In this document: piece after piece, positions 39,173-51,382 of the stretch
Position numbering within the stretch: position 1 is the first letter of the stretch
How the letters are laid out: each line of letters begins with the position of its first letter
NCBI RefSeq assembly: GCF_902652985.1
Contig: NC_047019.1
Span: 14,382,097 to 14,446,096, forward strand
Origin: Pecten maximus
Taxonomy: Eukaryota
Direction of reading: 5' to 3'
DNA: 64,000 nucleotides
Position numbers and translations under genes: made by a program
Notes under the pieces: generated by a model
What the model saw: only the letters and a program-made list of their open reading frames with translations
What the model was told of the DNA's origin: nothing
Databases searched by the model: none

Positions 39173-39244
39173 GGTTCCGTGGTGTAGTGGTTATCACGTC
39201 TGCTTAACACGCAGAAGGTCACGAGTTCGAAACTCGTCGGAACC
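39173..39244 (+). tRNA. tRNA-Val (anticodon AAC)
   Basis: 72 nt: GGTTCCGTGGTGTAGTGGTTATCACGTCTGCTTAACACGCAGAAGGTCACGAGTTCGAAACTCGTCGGAACC. Anticodon loop TTAACAC, A and B boxes present, downstream T6 tract. Confidence 0.9.
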
Positions 39245-39427
39245 TGGTGACAGTATTTTTTATTTCATTTTATAAAATAGAAATATATGTTTAATTTTAG
39301 TACAACAGACAGTGATTTTCATTAGAATGTTAAATGAAGACATAATTATTGCGTACATTTCTTACATTTATACTATATTCGCTAATCTAGTGAGCATGTT
39401 CAGATTTTGAGGCATGTTGATCATATC

Positions 39428-39499
39428 GGTTTCGTGGTGTAGTGGTTATCACGTCTGCTTCACACGCAGAAGGTCGCGAGTTCGAACCTCGCCGAAACC
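39428..39499 (+). tRNA. tRNA-Val (anticodon CAC)
   Basis: 72 nt: GGTTTCGTGGTGTAGTGGTTATCACGTCTGCTTCACACGCAGAAGGTCGCGAGTTCGAACCTCGCCGAAACC. Anticodon loop TTCACAC, downstream T5. Confidence 0.9.
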
Positions 39500-39825
39500 T
39501 AGATATTATTTTTACATGTACATAATTTTTATCAACCTTAATTTTTGGTCAACGGTTTGATACTTTCGAGTCAGAACACCTTCGTTGTCAATATTTAGAT
39601 TCCCTCATTAGTCGTCACTCATTTACCGCCATGATGGCGTTATTTGTGTAGTATATATAACGGAAAGTCAAGTGATTGTTCCGATCCAGTCGGCTTTAAA
39701 AACGTCAAGACGTTATCTTACTATTATTAATCATATCACGCGAATCTAAGTGTAGTTACCGAATATGACCGTGATAATTGTTTGAATGATTTTCTGCTCA
39801 ACAAGCGAAATGTATTTAAATGTAT

Positions 39826-39902
39826 CGGTCCGTTGTTATCTTATCTGCCTTACACGAACAAGATGGTGAGTTCAAGGTTCTCAAGTTCGAGCTTCCAGAA
39901 CC
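39826..39902 (+). pseudogene. Degenerate tRNA-Val(TAC)-like relic
   Basis: ..CCGTTGTTATCTTATCTGCCTTACACGAACAAGATGGTGAGTTCAAGGTTCTCAAGTTCGAGCTTCCAGAACCTCT aligns to the 3' two-thirds of the 38450 tRNA and to its 3' flank (CCAGAACCTCT..TATTTT), but the stems are broken. Confidence 0.4.
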
Positions 39903-40565
39903 TCTGTATATTTTGTATCTAAACTGATACTACACATACGGAATCAATCGGATAACCTCGGGCCTTTCCGGCAAGCTAGGAAAAACACGGAATACGTCTG
40001 TTTAGGCATATTGATAGATTTTTATAGACAATGTGATAGATATAAGTGGAATGGAATAAGAGTTTATAAGTTCAATATCTTTTTATTTTTATTTTGATTG
40101 ACGTGTTTTTGTTTGAAAATAATTAATTTTAGTAAAGACAAACTCAACATATTTTCATACATTGTATTACAAAACAAAAACATATACGAACCAACGAATT
40201 TGTCTATATCTACATACATATTCCAGGCCCAGAATCAGTATTCGGAATTCAGAGGGGTCGGTATTGACTTGAACGTTTTTTAGCCATTTTTTTCTTAATG
40301 AAGAGGTGATCGGTTTTGAGAAGGGTATATATTAAATGATGCTATATGAGTGTGGCTTACAATGGATACATTTTCGGAAATCATATTTTATAACTTTGTA
40401 TTGTACATATAACCATAGATTAGGAACTTGTTGAACCTTCAGTAAAAACACTTTCAACCTATACACAAAGGTGTAGCAATTTTTATTATTGGCAGCTGCA
40501 GCTACTACATGTATTATGTGCAATCACATATACAGTAATCGATTATGTACTAGCGTGATTATCGA

Positions 40566-40637
40566 GGTTCCGTGGTGTAGTGGTTATCACGTCTGCTTAA
40601 CACGCAGAAGGTCACGAGTTCGAAACTCGTCGGAACC
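40566..40637 (+). tRNA. tRNA-Val (anticodon AAC)
   Basis: Identical 72-nt sequence to the copy at 39173-39244. Downstream T5. Confidence 0.9.
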
Positions 40638-40741
40638 TAGTGATATTATTATTTTTATTTTATTTTATGAAATAGACATATGTATAAGTGTAGTATGATG
40701 GATATTGATTTTCATTAGAATGTTTAATTAAGACATATTTT

Positions 40742-40761
40742 GTTCGAAACTCGTCGGAACC
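40742..40761 (+). pseudogene. 3' fragment of tRNA-Val(AAC) (solo 3' half)
   Basis: GTTCGAAACTCGTCGGAACC followed by the same 3' flank (TGGT..ACTTTTTATTTTATGAAA) as full copies. This is a partial duplication inside the tRNA repeat unit. Confidence 0.5.
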
Positions 40762-40947
40762 TGGTGGTATACTTTTTATTTTATGAAAAAAATAAGGATT
40801 TTCTTATTTAATTGTACTATGGTGGATATTTATTTTCATTAAAATGTTAAATGAAGACATATTTATTGGGTATATTTCTTATATTGATACTATATTTCGC
40901 TAATCTAGTTTTAGCGTTTAGATTTTGAGACACCTCATTCTCATATC

Positions 40948-41019
40948 GGTTTCGTGGTGTAGTGGTTATCACGTCTGCTTCACACGCAGAAGGTCGCGAG
41001 TTCGAACCTCGCCGAAACC
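40948..41019 (+). tRNA. tRNA-Val (anticodon CAC)
   Basis: Identical to the copy at 39428-39499. The preceding leader (CGCTAATCTAGT..TCATATCG) and the downstream T6 tract (CTGATTTTTTACA) are conserved between the two Val-CAC copies. Confidence 0.9.
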
Positions 41020-42548
41020 TACTGATTTTTTACATTTACATATCAACCTTAATTTTTAGTCAGCACTTTTAGTCCACAGGCATGTTCATACTTTTCTGAA
41101 ACGGCATCACAATATTTCTGATACTTAGGAATCTTTACAAAAGTTTTATTAACTGAAAGAACACTTCGTTGTCAATATTTATATTGTGTCGTCACTTGTC
41201 CGTGGTCGCTTTATTATCGTAGTATATATAGGGCGAGTTCACCAGGCAACGGACACATACCATGGGTCGGACAGTTTTGCTCGAATATTAAACATACACT
41301 GAAGCGTTTTACCGTGTTGAGTTTTCATTATACAGAAAGTATCTGAATCAAACGCTGCGATGATACTGACAGGTCATGTGTCGTTGTAGCCAGCCAAATT
41401 ACGAACCAACGATTGCCGGTTTTTCTACGTCAGGTCAGTGCATTTTGAATTTAGTTGTATTTTACAGTGTGATGGTTATATCCCTTATATTAAGTAATGT
41501 GAATTAGCGACTGGCAATCGATTTATTTTAGTTTGGTTTGTTTTATTTTGTTTAACGTCTTAAGGGTCATCTATATAGCAGAATAGTGTTGAATTTCAAA
41601 CACGAATAAATACCTTAAGATTTGCACAAAAAATGTCATATAATATACCAAAACGTTTGTTTGGACATGTAGCTTCTTACAATCACCAATAATATGCTAT
41701 AGATGCTACCAGTTTCTTTTGTAGAGTAACTTTGTGGTAAGATTTGGCATGAAATAATTCTAAGTCACGCAAATGATCAACCCTGAAAAATAGCCATGCT
41801 GTTATGTTCATAAGTGTCTATAGCACAGGGTAGGAGCATTTGTTTGACTGGATTTTACTGTATGTACGTATAAACACTTTATACACAATATTACACAAAT
41901 ATGGCTTAAAGGAGGCATTTCAGTTAATAACAAAACTCCTATATCGTACTTTTAAGACATCTCATCATAGTAACATGAACATTTGAATGTCAATTTGTTA
42001 AAATGGTGAGTTTGCAGCCTTTTTCAGAAATACGCATATTTTACCCCAAACTCAACGGTTGAACATTTTTTCATAAAAGCAGTCTTCTTGCCACTTCAAG
42101 AATACTTTATATTGTCTAATAAGAGCATTTTTGATGTTTTAAATACCTCCTTATATGCCATATTTGTGTGATATCGTTCACGACCGCCATTTGCAATTCA
42201 AGGTCAAATTAAAAACAGCGTTTATACATATAATAACGTCAAAGCTGGTCAAACCAATGCTCCTATTTTGTGCTTTAGACACTTGTGAGCAAAACGACAT
42301 GGCAAGTTTGTGTAATATATGGGATACAAATGAGTTAATTATGTCCCCCTGAAACATGCATTTTTCTTACGTTTTGTTGAAATTTACAAACAGCTTCACA
42401 AATTACATGTCAACAGCAAGACCCAGGGTTTGCCATGATACATACTAAAAGTTCATCATGTTACTTCTGTGACATTACACCATAATAGGGACTTATAGGC
42501 CTGTAAAATATCAATGTTTTGACTGGATTTGCTGTTTAGATGCCCCTT

Positions 42549-42767
42549 AACATCTAAGGTCATTTAAGGACGGCCTCCCGTGCGTGCGATATGCATGCCT
42601 GTGGTGAGTGCGTATGTGTGTTTTGGGAGGCTGCGGGTATGTTCGTCTTAAGTCTCCTTGTGATAGGCCGGAACTTTTGCCGATTTATAGTGCTACCTCA
42701 CTGAAGCATACTACCGAGGACACCAAGCAGGACACCCCACCCGGTCACATTATACTGACAACGGGCG
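42549..42767 (+). mobile_element. Retroposon family copy 2a (3'-truncated), directly abutting copy 2b
   Basis: Head ..CATCTAAGGTCATTTAAGGACGGCCTCCCGTGCGTGCGATATGCATGCC.. through ..ACTGACAACGGGCGA. Confidence 0.65.
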
Positions 42768-43300
42768 ATTTGGTTTGGTTTATTTTGTTTAACGTCCTAT
42801 TAACATCTAAGGTCATTTAATGACGGCCTCCCGTGAGTGCGACATGCATGCGTGCGGTGAGTGCGTATGTGTGTTTTGGGAGTCTGCGGTATGTTCGTAT
42901 TAAGTCTCCTTGTGATAGGCCGGAACTTTTGCCGATTTATAGTGCTACCTCACTGAAGCATACTGCTGAAGACACCAAGCAGGACACCCCACCCGGTCAC
43001 ATTATACTGACAACGGGCGAACCAGTCGTCCCACTCCTTGTATGCTGAGCGCTAAGCAGGAAGCAGCAACTACCATTTTTAAAGACTCTGGTATGTCTCG
43101 GTCAGGGGACAGAACCCAAAGCCTTCCTGACAGCGGCGAACACTCAACTAAAGGCCAAAAGTGAGGCAGTGTCAAGGGAGACATTAGGAAGAAGAAAGTT
43201 GTTAAGAAAGAACAGAAAAGATAAGATCCCAAATTTAGTCGCCTCTTACGATCATGCAATGGGGGCAGCAGGTACAATTCTTACGCCCTACCTGCAGGGC
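42768..43300 (+). mobile_element. Retroposon family copy 2b (near full length)
   Basis: Starts TTTGGTTTGGTTTATTTTGTTTAACGTCCTATTAACATCTAAGGTCATTTAATGACGGCCTCCCGTG and ends ..TTCTTACGCCCTACCTGCAGGGC. Confidence 0.7.
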
Positions 43301-44398
43301 AGCCCACAACATGTATGTAGCGGTCTATCTCAAACTTCTCAAACTGTGCCCGTTAACATCTTTGACCTGCCTCAGCTTAATGAGTTCGGGGACCAGACAC
43401 AAGGCATTTTAGCTATATCAGACAGTGGTATCGTTACATCATCTGCTCCCTTTGATGTTGGTATAGATTTGGCGGACATTAGTGACAGCATCAGGGACAG
43501 CGTGTCACAGGACACTCTGCCGATCGCATCCACGTGTCACAGGACCCTCTGCCGATCGCGTCCACGTCAGATGCTTGCCTCCCTATGAACTGGCATTAGC
43601 TGCCATAGAATGTAGCCTAAGTGAGACCAGGAAAAGCCAGTATGAGAACGCTTTCTCTGCTGGAACAGATGTGGTCGGTGACCATACAAAATCAAAACGT
43701 GGCCACAGGTATTAATTCGTTACGATATTGGATAATCCTGCGAAAAAACCCACCCCAATTATGATGAGTTCACATGAAAGATCAATCATTCGTTCTCATT
43801 TGTTATTGTTGGACTAGTTATCTTGCTGTATATGAATATATAAACGAGAATTGTTAATTTACTTATAAAAATAAATTTACATCTAATAAATACCTAGTTA
43901 ATTTGATATACCACATTATTATATACAAATGGTATTAAATATATATTAAAAACTACCTTTCCTTGGAACATTACAGATTTCTTGATGTATTTACAATTTA
44001 TAAAGATGGTTCTCCTTTTTATTTTCATTTTTTTTAAGAAAGGGTAGCACATCTACATTCTTTTCCAAAACGCCATCCGGCGACGTTTGCCGTCCCGCAG
44101 ACTTGCGTGTGGGAACCAGTCCTTCTTCATCTTTCCCGACAAAATTACTTACCGTACTTCATGGTACAAACTTACCCTTTCCCACGCGAAAGGCCCCTTT
44201 CACTACCCGGCAGCATTAAACAGTTCTGCTGTCCAGCAGTAATGACCAAGACTTGCTGGACCATAGAAGCCAATTTTCCCAGAGTAGGAGGCGCCTGTCC
44301 CCATCAGCCTACTTCCAGTCTTTCGTTCTGCCCTGTAGGTAGAGCATAATAATTGTACTCTGCCTAGGCAAAAATAAAAATATTTAATTATGACATCC

Positions 44399-44545
44399 TT
44401 CCCGCGCCATACCATTGGATGATATCGTAAGAGGCGACTAAATTTGGAATCTTATCTTTTCCGTTATTTCTCCTAATCTTTCTTCCTAATGTGTCCCCTG
44501 ACAATGCCTCACTTTTGGCCTTTAGTTGAACGTTCGCCCCTGTGA
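44399..44545 (-). mobile_element. Retroposon family copy 3 (3' part only, minus orientation), abutting copy 4 in inverted orientation
   Basis: Reverse complement of ..AGGGGCGAACGTTCAACTAAAGGCCAAAAGTGAGGCATTGTCAGGGGACACATTAGGAAGAAAGATTAGGAGAAATAACGGAAAAGATAAGATTCCAAATTTAGTCGCCTCTTACGATATC. Confidence 0.6.
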
Positions 44546-44945
44546 GGAAGGCTTTGGGTTCTGGATTGGTTTCGTTTGGTTTTATTTGTTTAACGTCCTA
44601 TTAACAGCTAAGGTCATTAAAGGACGACCTCCCGTGTTGGTGATATACATGCGTGTTTGTGAGTACGTATGTGTGCCTTTGGAGGATGCGGTATGTACGT
44701 GTTATGTCTCCCTGTGATCGGCCGGATCTTTTGCCGATTTATAGTGCTATATCAATGAAGCATACTGCCGCAGACACCAAGCAGGACACACCACCCGGTC
44801 AGATTATGCTGACAACGGCCATGGAACAGAACCCAAAGTCTTCCTCACAGGGGCGAAGGGAGACAGTAGGAAGAAGAAAGTTGTTCAGAAAGAAGAGAAA
44901 AGATAAGCTCCCAAATTTAGTTGCCTCTTACGATATCATGCAGGG
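44546..44945 (+). mobile_element. Retroposon family copy 4 (internal deletion)
   Basis: Head TTGGTTTCGTTTGGTTTTATTTGTTTAACGTCCTATTAACAGCTAAGGTCATTAAAGGACGACCTCCCGTG.., central segment missing, tail ..AAATTTAGTTGCCTCTTACGATATCATGCAGGG. Confidence 0.65.
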
Positions 44946-46087
44946 TAGCTTTGTATGGAAAGCCGATGCGCAATGCTGATTGCGAATTACTTATATATAT
45001 ATATATATAAAAGCTTATATATCCAATGTGAATTGCTGATATCCGAATTGGGCCAATACGACAGAACAACAACTATGGCAAACGATTTGATGCCGAACGT
45101 TCCTTGTAAGTAAGCTTTAAGCCTACAATCTCCAATTGTCGACCCTGTGATCAACCGATTCTATAGCTTTTGCTGTAATAGGAAGGACAAAGGGTTTATT
45201 CTGAATTCACAAAAACAAATGCACTGAAAGCCGTCAGGCAGTGGCCTGAATGTGTACTTGGCGTTGTGATTCATATAGGCCTACTGGCTTTAAGCTATAA
45301 AACGGAAAAAAAGGCGACACTGTTTCAGTAACCAGTATTTAAGAAGCAGCACACTTAAGCTGGTTACACACAGAATGTTATTCAAAAAAACTTTTTGATC
45401 ATTTTTTAGTTTCAGATTTGGTAAAAAAGTATTTTATTAAAGGATTCAAATCATCAGAAATAACAGCTGCTATTGGAAAAGATTATGGGATTTGGAGGAG
45501 GAATGTCTACCTGTATAATTAGGTCTATTAAGTTCTACTATTCTTTGTCTTTGACAGTCAACATTTTACTCGCAGTTCTGTACTCAGGTTGAAATAACCA
45601 GATGTCTAATTCTAGGTTACACCATGTACTCAGGTGAAGTTAGTATTTTTATCAAAATATATTTGGAATGCAAGCTTCAGTTCTCGACCAATGAGAAAAG
45701 TTGTCAAAGAAGCGATGACATGAATATTGACGGGCGTATCATCATAATATGATTATACTCTTTTCCCATATTTATTATGTATCCCCATGCAATGAAATGG
45801 ATGTGGTGGCGTTATAATAAAATCAGTATGTATGCGTCTTTCTGTACATGTAGATACAACATTAATTAAATAAATTTCGGTGCAAGTTATGAAGAGCCTT
45901 GCCAATCAGTGCATATTTGTACAAGGAAGTTCAGATTTTGCGTGTGGTTCATCCCTTTTCGCCCAAACTGATTTTTCGTCCATGGCTATATTCAGCTCTT
46001 CTTCAAAAGTGTAGTTGTACATGATATAACACTGTTCACTCTGGGTTATTTTTCAGTGTCCGAACAACACAACATTACCTTAACTAG

Positions 46088-47330
46088 TTGAATCTGCAGA
46101 AAAAGTGCAATGAAGATAACGAAGATGAAATTAGATTTGCAGTGCAAAAGGAATTACATGAATGCGGCAGAAATCTGGGAGGGGCACAGATATGGAAAAC
46201 CATACGTAGGAAATATGGACTTATGGTGAAAAGGCATGTAGATCTACATTATGAGACTAATAATTCTCAAATTGCACATGAAACATGCAGAGAATGCTTT
46301 GTGGTACGAATATGTAATGGTACAAATGCGATTTTTTCTGATCGTTTAAAAACAAAAAATGACTGACATAGGTGTTTACTAACCGAAATACCACATGTCA
46401 CCATGGTCACTGTGATTATCCAATGGCAATGCGGACCTCATTATACATCCACTTGCCAAGTTCGTTTACTTACTTCGACTTTGGTATAACAAAAAACAAC
46501 CAAAATGTTGACGTCAAAAGTATCAATCGACGACGGTGTTTTCAATCTAGGTCAAGGTTCATATATTTTCCCTTACTGTTGGCCATTGTAGCCTAACGTC
46601 ATCCTGAGAATTTGCTATCGCTCGTTGGTATATATTAGTGTTATATATGGAAACGTAGGACATTTTCTGGGCTATATCTGGTCAAAATCTTGGAAAGGGA
46701 AGTCCGTCTGCATTTCTTATAAAATCCATTCCCGTACACAGCATGTGCCCAACTCGGTACAAACAGACCTGATCACACAATGCCCTAGCCTCCTTCCAAT
46801 GTATTCTAGTGCTAAAAATATTGCCTCACAACAAGAATTCAAGTATATATGTCCATTTTGTGAAAAAATACAGTTTAAATGAGCTATGTATGTAAAATAT
46901 TCTCACAGCTGCACTAATAAACTTATGGTACTATTTTCTTAATAGGCACTGAATTCTATACTAAGGTGCATGTATTCTGCTTTGCTGTCCTGCAGCCAAA
47001 CATGATATTAAATGGTTACAATCTTTTCATTAACATTGTGATATTTTAATTAATCGTAGATAAAAAGCATTTTTGAATGTTTCGGTTTCATGTATATTGC
47101 AGGAGCACAGTGAGAGAAATTATAAACCAGCTAGAGCCTGATAGGAGTCTAAAGATGAAGAAAGGCCGGCTCCACAGAAGAACTTACAGAGTAAATGGAC
47201 CAAACTACATCTGGCATGTTGATGGAAATGACTAATTAAAGCCCTATGGGTTTTGTATAAGTGAAGCAATCGACGGATGGAGTCGTAAAGTACTTTGGTT
47301 AGATGTGGATGTCACAAACAAAAACCCAAA
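46088..47330 (+). pseudogene. Decayed DNA-transposon transposase remnant, IS3EU-like integrase-core family (tentative)
   Basis: Broken ORFs include ..GRNLGGAQIWKTIRRKYGLMVKRHVDLHYETNN.. and ..RRTYRVNGPNYIWHVDGND*LKPYGFCISEAIDGWSRKVLWLDVDVTNKNPN.. This matches the recalled motif pattern N..WH.DG..KL...G..IHG.IDG.SR....L of an rve-like transposase core. An in-frame stop falls inside the motif, followed by further stops, so the copy is inactive. Confidence 0.35.
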
Positions 47331-48246
47331 CTTAATTTGTACATAAGTACCACCTACGATCACAAACCTTAAACAGTCGATTATTTTTTGGTGAGAAAGT
47401 TGATTTCCGCAGGTTAGTCACACTCACATTAGTTATATAACCTATAGCAGTTAAGAATAATATGTATCATGCATGTCTCCAGTTTTGTTGGAACTTTTAA
47501 AATATGTATACCGGTACATAAAACAAAAGTAACAATTCGGTTAGAAATAACTTTTTAAACAATGTATTTAGCAAATCAGCATATGCATTACATTTTAACT
47601 TTATAAACGTTTTGCATGCATGCAAATGTTGCTATTGCTATCTGGGTAACATTGATGATAAACTATATTTTCATAGAAGTTTCTTTTTTTGTGTCAGATT
47701 GTCCAAATTGTTGCAAAATTGCAATATGATAAAATGTAAAATTATCATAATCTGATACTAAAGTGACAACCCATCACAAATTTAAAGCATATCATTATTC
47801 CCTGCAGCCTGCTATTATCAGGAAGTCTGATCTATTTTCGGCTATTTCCTTGCATGGTTTATATGGTGAAACAATTTTAAAGTAAACATAAAAACAAAAG
47901 GCATTGCAACAGTCACTTATTCTTGTAATATCTTATCATTTTACTTTTAACTTAAACATCGCTTTGTAGCATCCCCTGCTAGTCGTAACACAAAACAAAA
48001 TTAGACGAGAACATGTAATAATAAAAAGTAAGAAATTTATTACACAAACATATAATGAAAAAATTGAAACCTTACAACTTATAATAGATGACAACTTTGC
48101 CAGTTTTTTTGCATACAAAAAAAAATCAAGATGGAATAATTGTAATTTGACCATTAAAACCAAAGAAAACCTTAAAAAGTTTTAAGTCATACCAAGTTGG
48201 CCATGATCAGCTGCCAAGATAAGAAAACATTTATATGAGTAATTTA

Positions 48247-49504
48247 TCACAGGGATGATCGCAGGTTTTTCTTGAAATCTGCTGACCATTCCCTGAAAGC
48301 ATCAAGGAAATCCTTGTTTAGCATCACAACGTGTTTGCTCAAAGGAGCAACTGTGATTTCTTTGCCATAACTTACCATAAAATAATATAACACTGGCGAC
48401 AAAATTTCTATAGTTAACTTTCCCTTCTCGTCTAAACTTGCTTTAAAGTCTAAAAATCCATTGAAGTCTTCAACTGATAACAAGACAAATTCCCCCCACC
48501 CTGTCATCACCTTTTCAAAGGTTTTTCCTTGATTTTCCACAGTGTCAATAAAGTATATAACACAGGGACACCTTATATGCACCGGAGTTATTCCAGCAGA
48601 TACCCTCTCAAGATCCCCAGCAAAAGCTGGACCATATTTATCGCTCAAATCCTCTAGAACTTCTTCTAGAAAATATTTTTCTACCTCTTCCATTGTGATT
48701 GGTTTCGAAGGTACCTCTGTGGCGAAGGTGGCCGATAAAGGAGGTACATGTAGTTTGCACAACAAGATCAACATGGGTTGCTACAACTGAGGTAGTTGGC
48801 ACAGCAGGATCAACATGGGTTGCTACAACTGAGGTAGTTGGTACAGCAGGATCAACAGGGGTTGCTACAACTGAGGTAGTTGGTACAGCAGGATCAACAA
48901 GGGTTGCTACAACTGAGGTAGTTGGTACAGCAGGATCAACAAGGGTTGCTACAACTGAGGTAGTTGGTACAGCAGGATCAACATGGGTTGCTACAGCTGA
49001 GGTAGTTGGTACAGCAGGATCAACAAGGGTTGCTACAGCTGAGGTAGCTGGCACAGCAGGATCAACATGGGTTGCTACAGCTGAGGTAGTTGGTACAGCT
49101 GAGGTAGCTGGTACAGCAGGATCAACATGGGTTGCTACAATGGAGGTAGCTGGCTGAGCGACTTCAACTGATCTCCTTTGTTTTAGTCCGAGATATAATC
49201 TTGTTGCCCCAACATATTTTTTGTATTCCCTCACATAACAGGCGATAGTGAAATTTTCTTTATCAATAATTTCCTTATTATTGATGTCATCTAAAACTGC
49301 CTCATAATTTCCCTTGCCAAATTCTACTTGCAATTCCATTAACACTTGGTCATAGTCATAGTTATTTGGAAATGTCTTCTTGATAGCAGATGCTAATGGA
49401 TATAGTGTTGATCTATAAATCTGGACAAAACTTTCTTTCCTCTCCTCTTTTACTCCGCATGTTACTAAGTAAGTAGCCTTTAGTTCATTGGGTTTCTGAA
49501 ACAT
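48247..49504 (-). CDS. Hypothetical protein gene with an internal 42-bp (14-aa, PAVPTTSVVATHVD-like) tandem coding repeat and a frame discontinuity between repeat and C-terminal domain
   Basis: Minus-strand ORF 48638-49504 gives MFQKPNELKATYLVTCGVKEERKESFVQIYRSTLYPLASAIKKTFPNNYDYDQVLMELQVEFGKGNYEAVLDDINNKEIIDKENFTIACYVREYKKYVGATRLYLGLKQRR.. followed by about 9 repeats. Minus-strand ORF 48247-48774, in another frame, encodes a globular-looking C-terminal part (..TEVPSKPITMEEVEKYFLEEVLEDLSDKYGPAFAGDLERVSAGITPVHIRCPCVIYFIDTVENQGKTFEKVMTGWGEF..DFLDAFREWSADFKKNLRSSL). An in-frame TAG lies immediately upstream of the Met at 48774, so the two parts cannot be joined without a frameshift. Confidence 0.5.
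48760..49145. repeat. 42-bp coding tandem repeat, about 9 copies
   Basis: GGATCAACA(T/A)GGGTTGCTACAACTGAGGTAGTTGG(C/T)ACAGCA repeated. Minus-strand translation gives PAVPTTSVVATHVD. Confidence 0.75.
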
Positions 49505-51382
49505 AACATATATTTGTATGAATGAATAATAACTTCAAAGAAAGAACATATTATACTAACATATAGTACATAACTGAAGAAATAAACCAAGAAATTAACC
49601 TACAGTCCTAAAGATGAAGGTCATCAAAACGTTTAGAACCAACATGCCTAAGTAAGATGCAAACATATGAAGTTTCATGACCCTAGGCCTGACACTGAGG
49701 CCAGAACTAATCTAAATGAAACAAGAAATATCTTTAAAAAAGATAAACGGCATAGTTTTAATGCTGGTGGTTATAATGTAAAACTACTGGTGAAATAAAT
49801 TAACGAACTACGATGTAATTAATAAATGCGCAGTTTCAGCACGGATAACAAAATTATATCAGTTTGAATCATTTTTGGTGATAATCAGACTGCAAATGTG
49901 TCATTTGAATAGATGCATTCACTTATTCAGCTTGCATTCAATTTAAAAGGGACATCACGGTAAAAACGTTGCAATTTTCACTGAATGTACGCGTTTTGTT
50001 CCTTTCCATTTATGTTTCTGTGCTGTTCCAATGTTCACAGTCAATCCCTATGTCCAGCTTGACCACTCGATTTAGTTGGGAATCCCCCTCTAAATTTAGC
50101 GCGGAAATTATTTTTAGATCATTACGTGACTGTTTTGAAATCGTGGCAACACAAACACACGATAGTTTACAAGGCGATATCTATATTCCATCTGGATTAG
50201 TTGGATAACGATATTATACACAGTGGTTTAAATGTTAAATAACACGTTCTGTAAATATTATTTATGTGTAATTAAGTGTAAACACTGTTCATATAGTATA
50301 GTGACAGTAGTGATGTACTGGTACAGACTGTATTTGTGTAAATATTACCGAGATTATCATGACCTACTATCAAACAATCAAGCAGAATACGAGCGGCGTC
50401 CGTATTACTGCTGTTTTTATGTTTGAACTGTTACAATCTATTGTACTGCTTCCCAAGTTTAATTCTAGGATTGTGTTTGACCCATTTTCCTATTATTCTC
50501 TTCATTGCGGAAGCTGTTATAGTTTTCAACCGCAGTCGATTCACATTGGAAGCCATTTTTGTTTCCGTATATGTCACAACATTTGCATATTCAGAGTGAT
50601 AACCTTTTAATAATTGATGTTTTTATGTATATACATCATCAAATTCGAATGGTCATTGTTCAGAAGGTTATTTTTTTTAAAGATATACCCAATAATATGA
50701 TAAAAAATACAAAATAGATGTTGGTTTACCGTGAGGTCCCTTTAACTTTGTTTCGTTTTTAACTGTATATCTGCATTTTGCATGGCCGCTACATTGACCA
50801 ATCACATACTTCATCTTGACCAGAACGCCACCTGTCGCGTCATATCCGGGGCCAAAAGAAAATTAGACGGCTATGTCGAAAAAGCATTACCAAAGGCACA
50901 CAGGTCAATGACCAGGGTTCTCACTAATTTTTACCATAAGTGGCTGATATTAATATATAGCTGGCAAATAGCAGGTTTGCAGCATTGTGATATATGTAAT
51001 ATGTACAAGAGCCGGCAGAAACTTGGAAATGGGGGGCTCCGGCAACCGGATTTTAATGAGAACCCTGATGTCATTTAAAGCTTCTGTAATCATTGAAGTT
51101 CTATAATTGATAGGCCCATTATTTGGATCAAGATTGATCACAATTAAAAACAAAAACAAATAAAACTAGATGTAACTTGAAGGGGGGTGGGTGCTTCGTA
51201 GATGCCCCCGCTTGGGGTTAATGTAGATCGAATGCTATTCCAAATATTATTACTGTGTGTGAACCCTAACATAGAACAACGAAAAATCGCCGCTAAATTT
51301 GCTGCTTTGTGAATATTTTCATGCACTTTTATTTTCTGGTAAGACTGGCCGAGTCGTAACTGAATATCAACAAAACTTTCAG

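Noticed and set aside
42608-43277. Multiple 60-140 aa ORFs (RATCMRVVSAYVCFG.., SRETLGRRKLLRK.., MYLLPPLHDRKRRLNLG..) recurring at 20312, 43169, 44653, 51529, 55074, 61011 and 61937
   Set aside because: They recur because they lie within copies of the 530-bp retroposon, in both orientations. There is no start or stop conservation and the elements are non-autonomous.
48699-49157. 152-aa plus-strand ORF (STWVATTEVVGTAG repeats)
   Set aside because: Antisense reading of the 42-bp coding repeat. The flanking non-repeat domains are only coherent on the minus strand.
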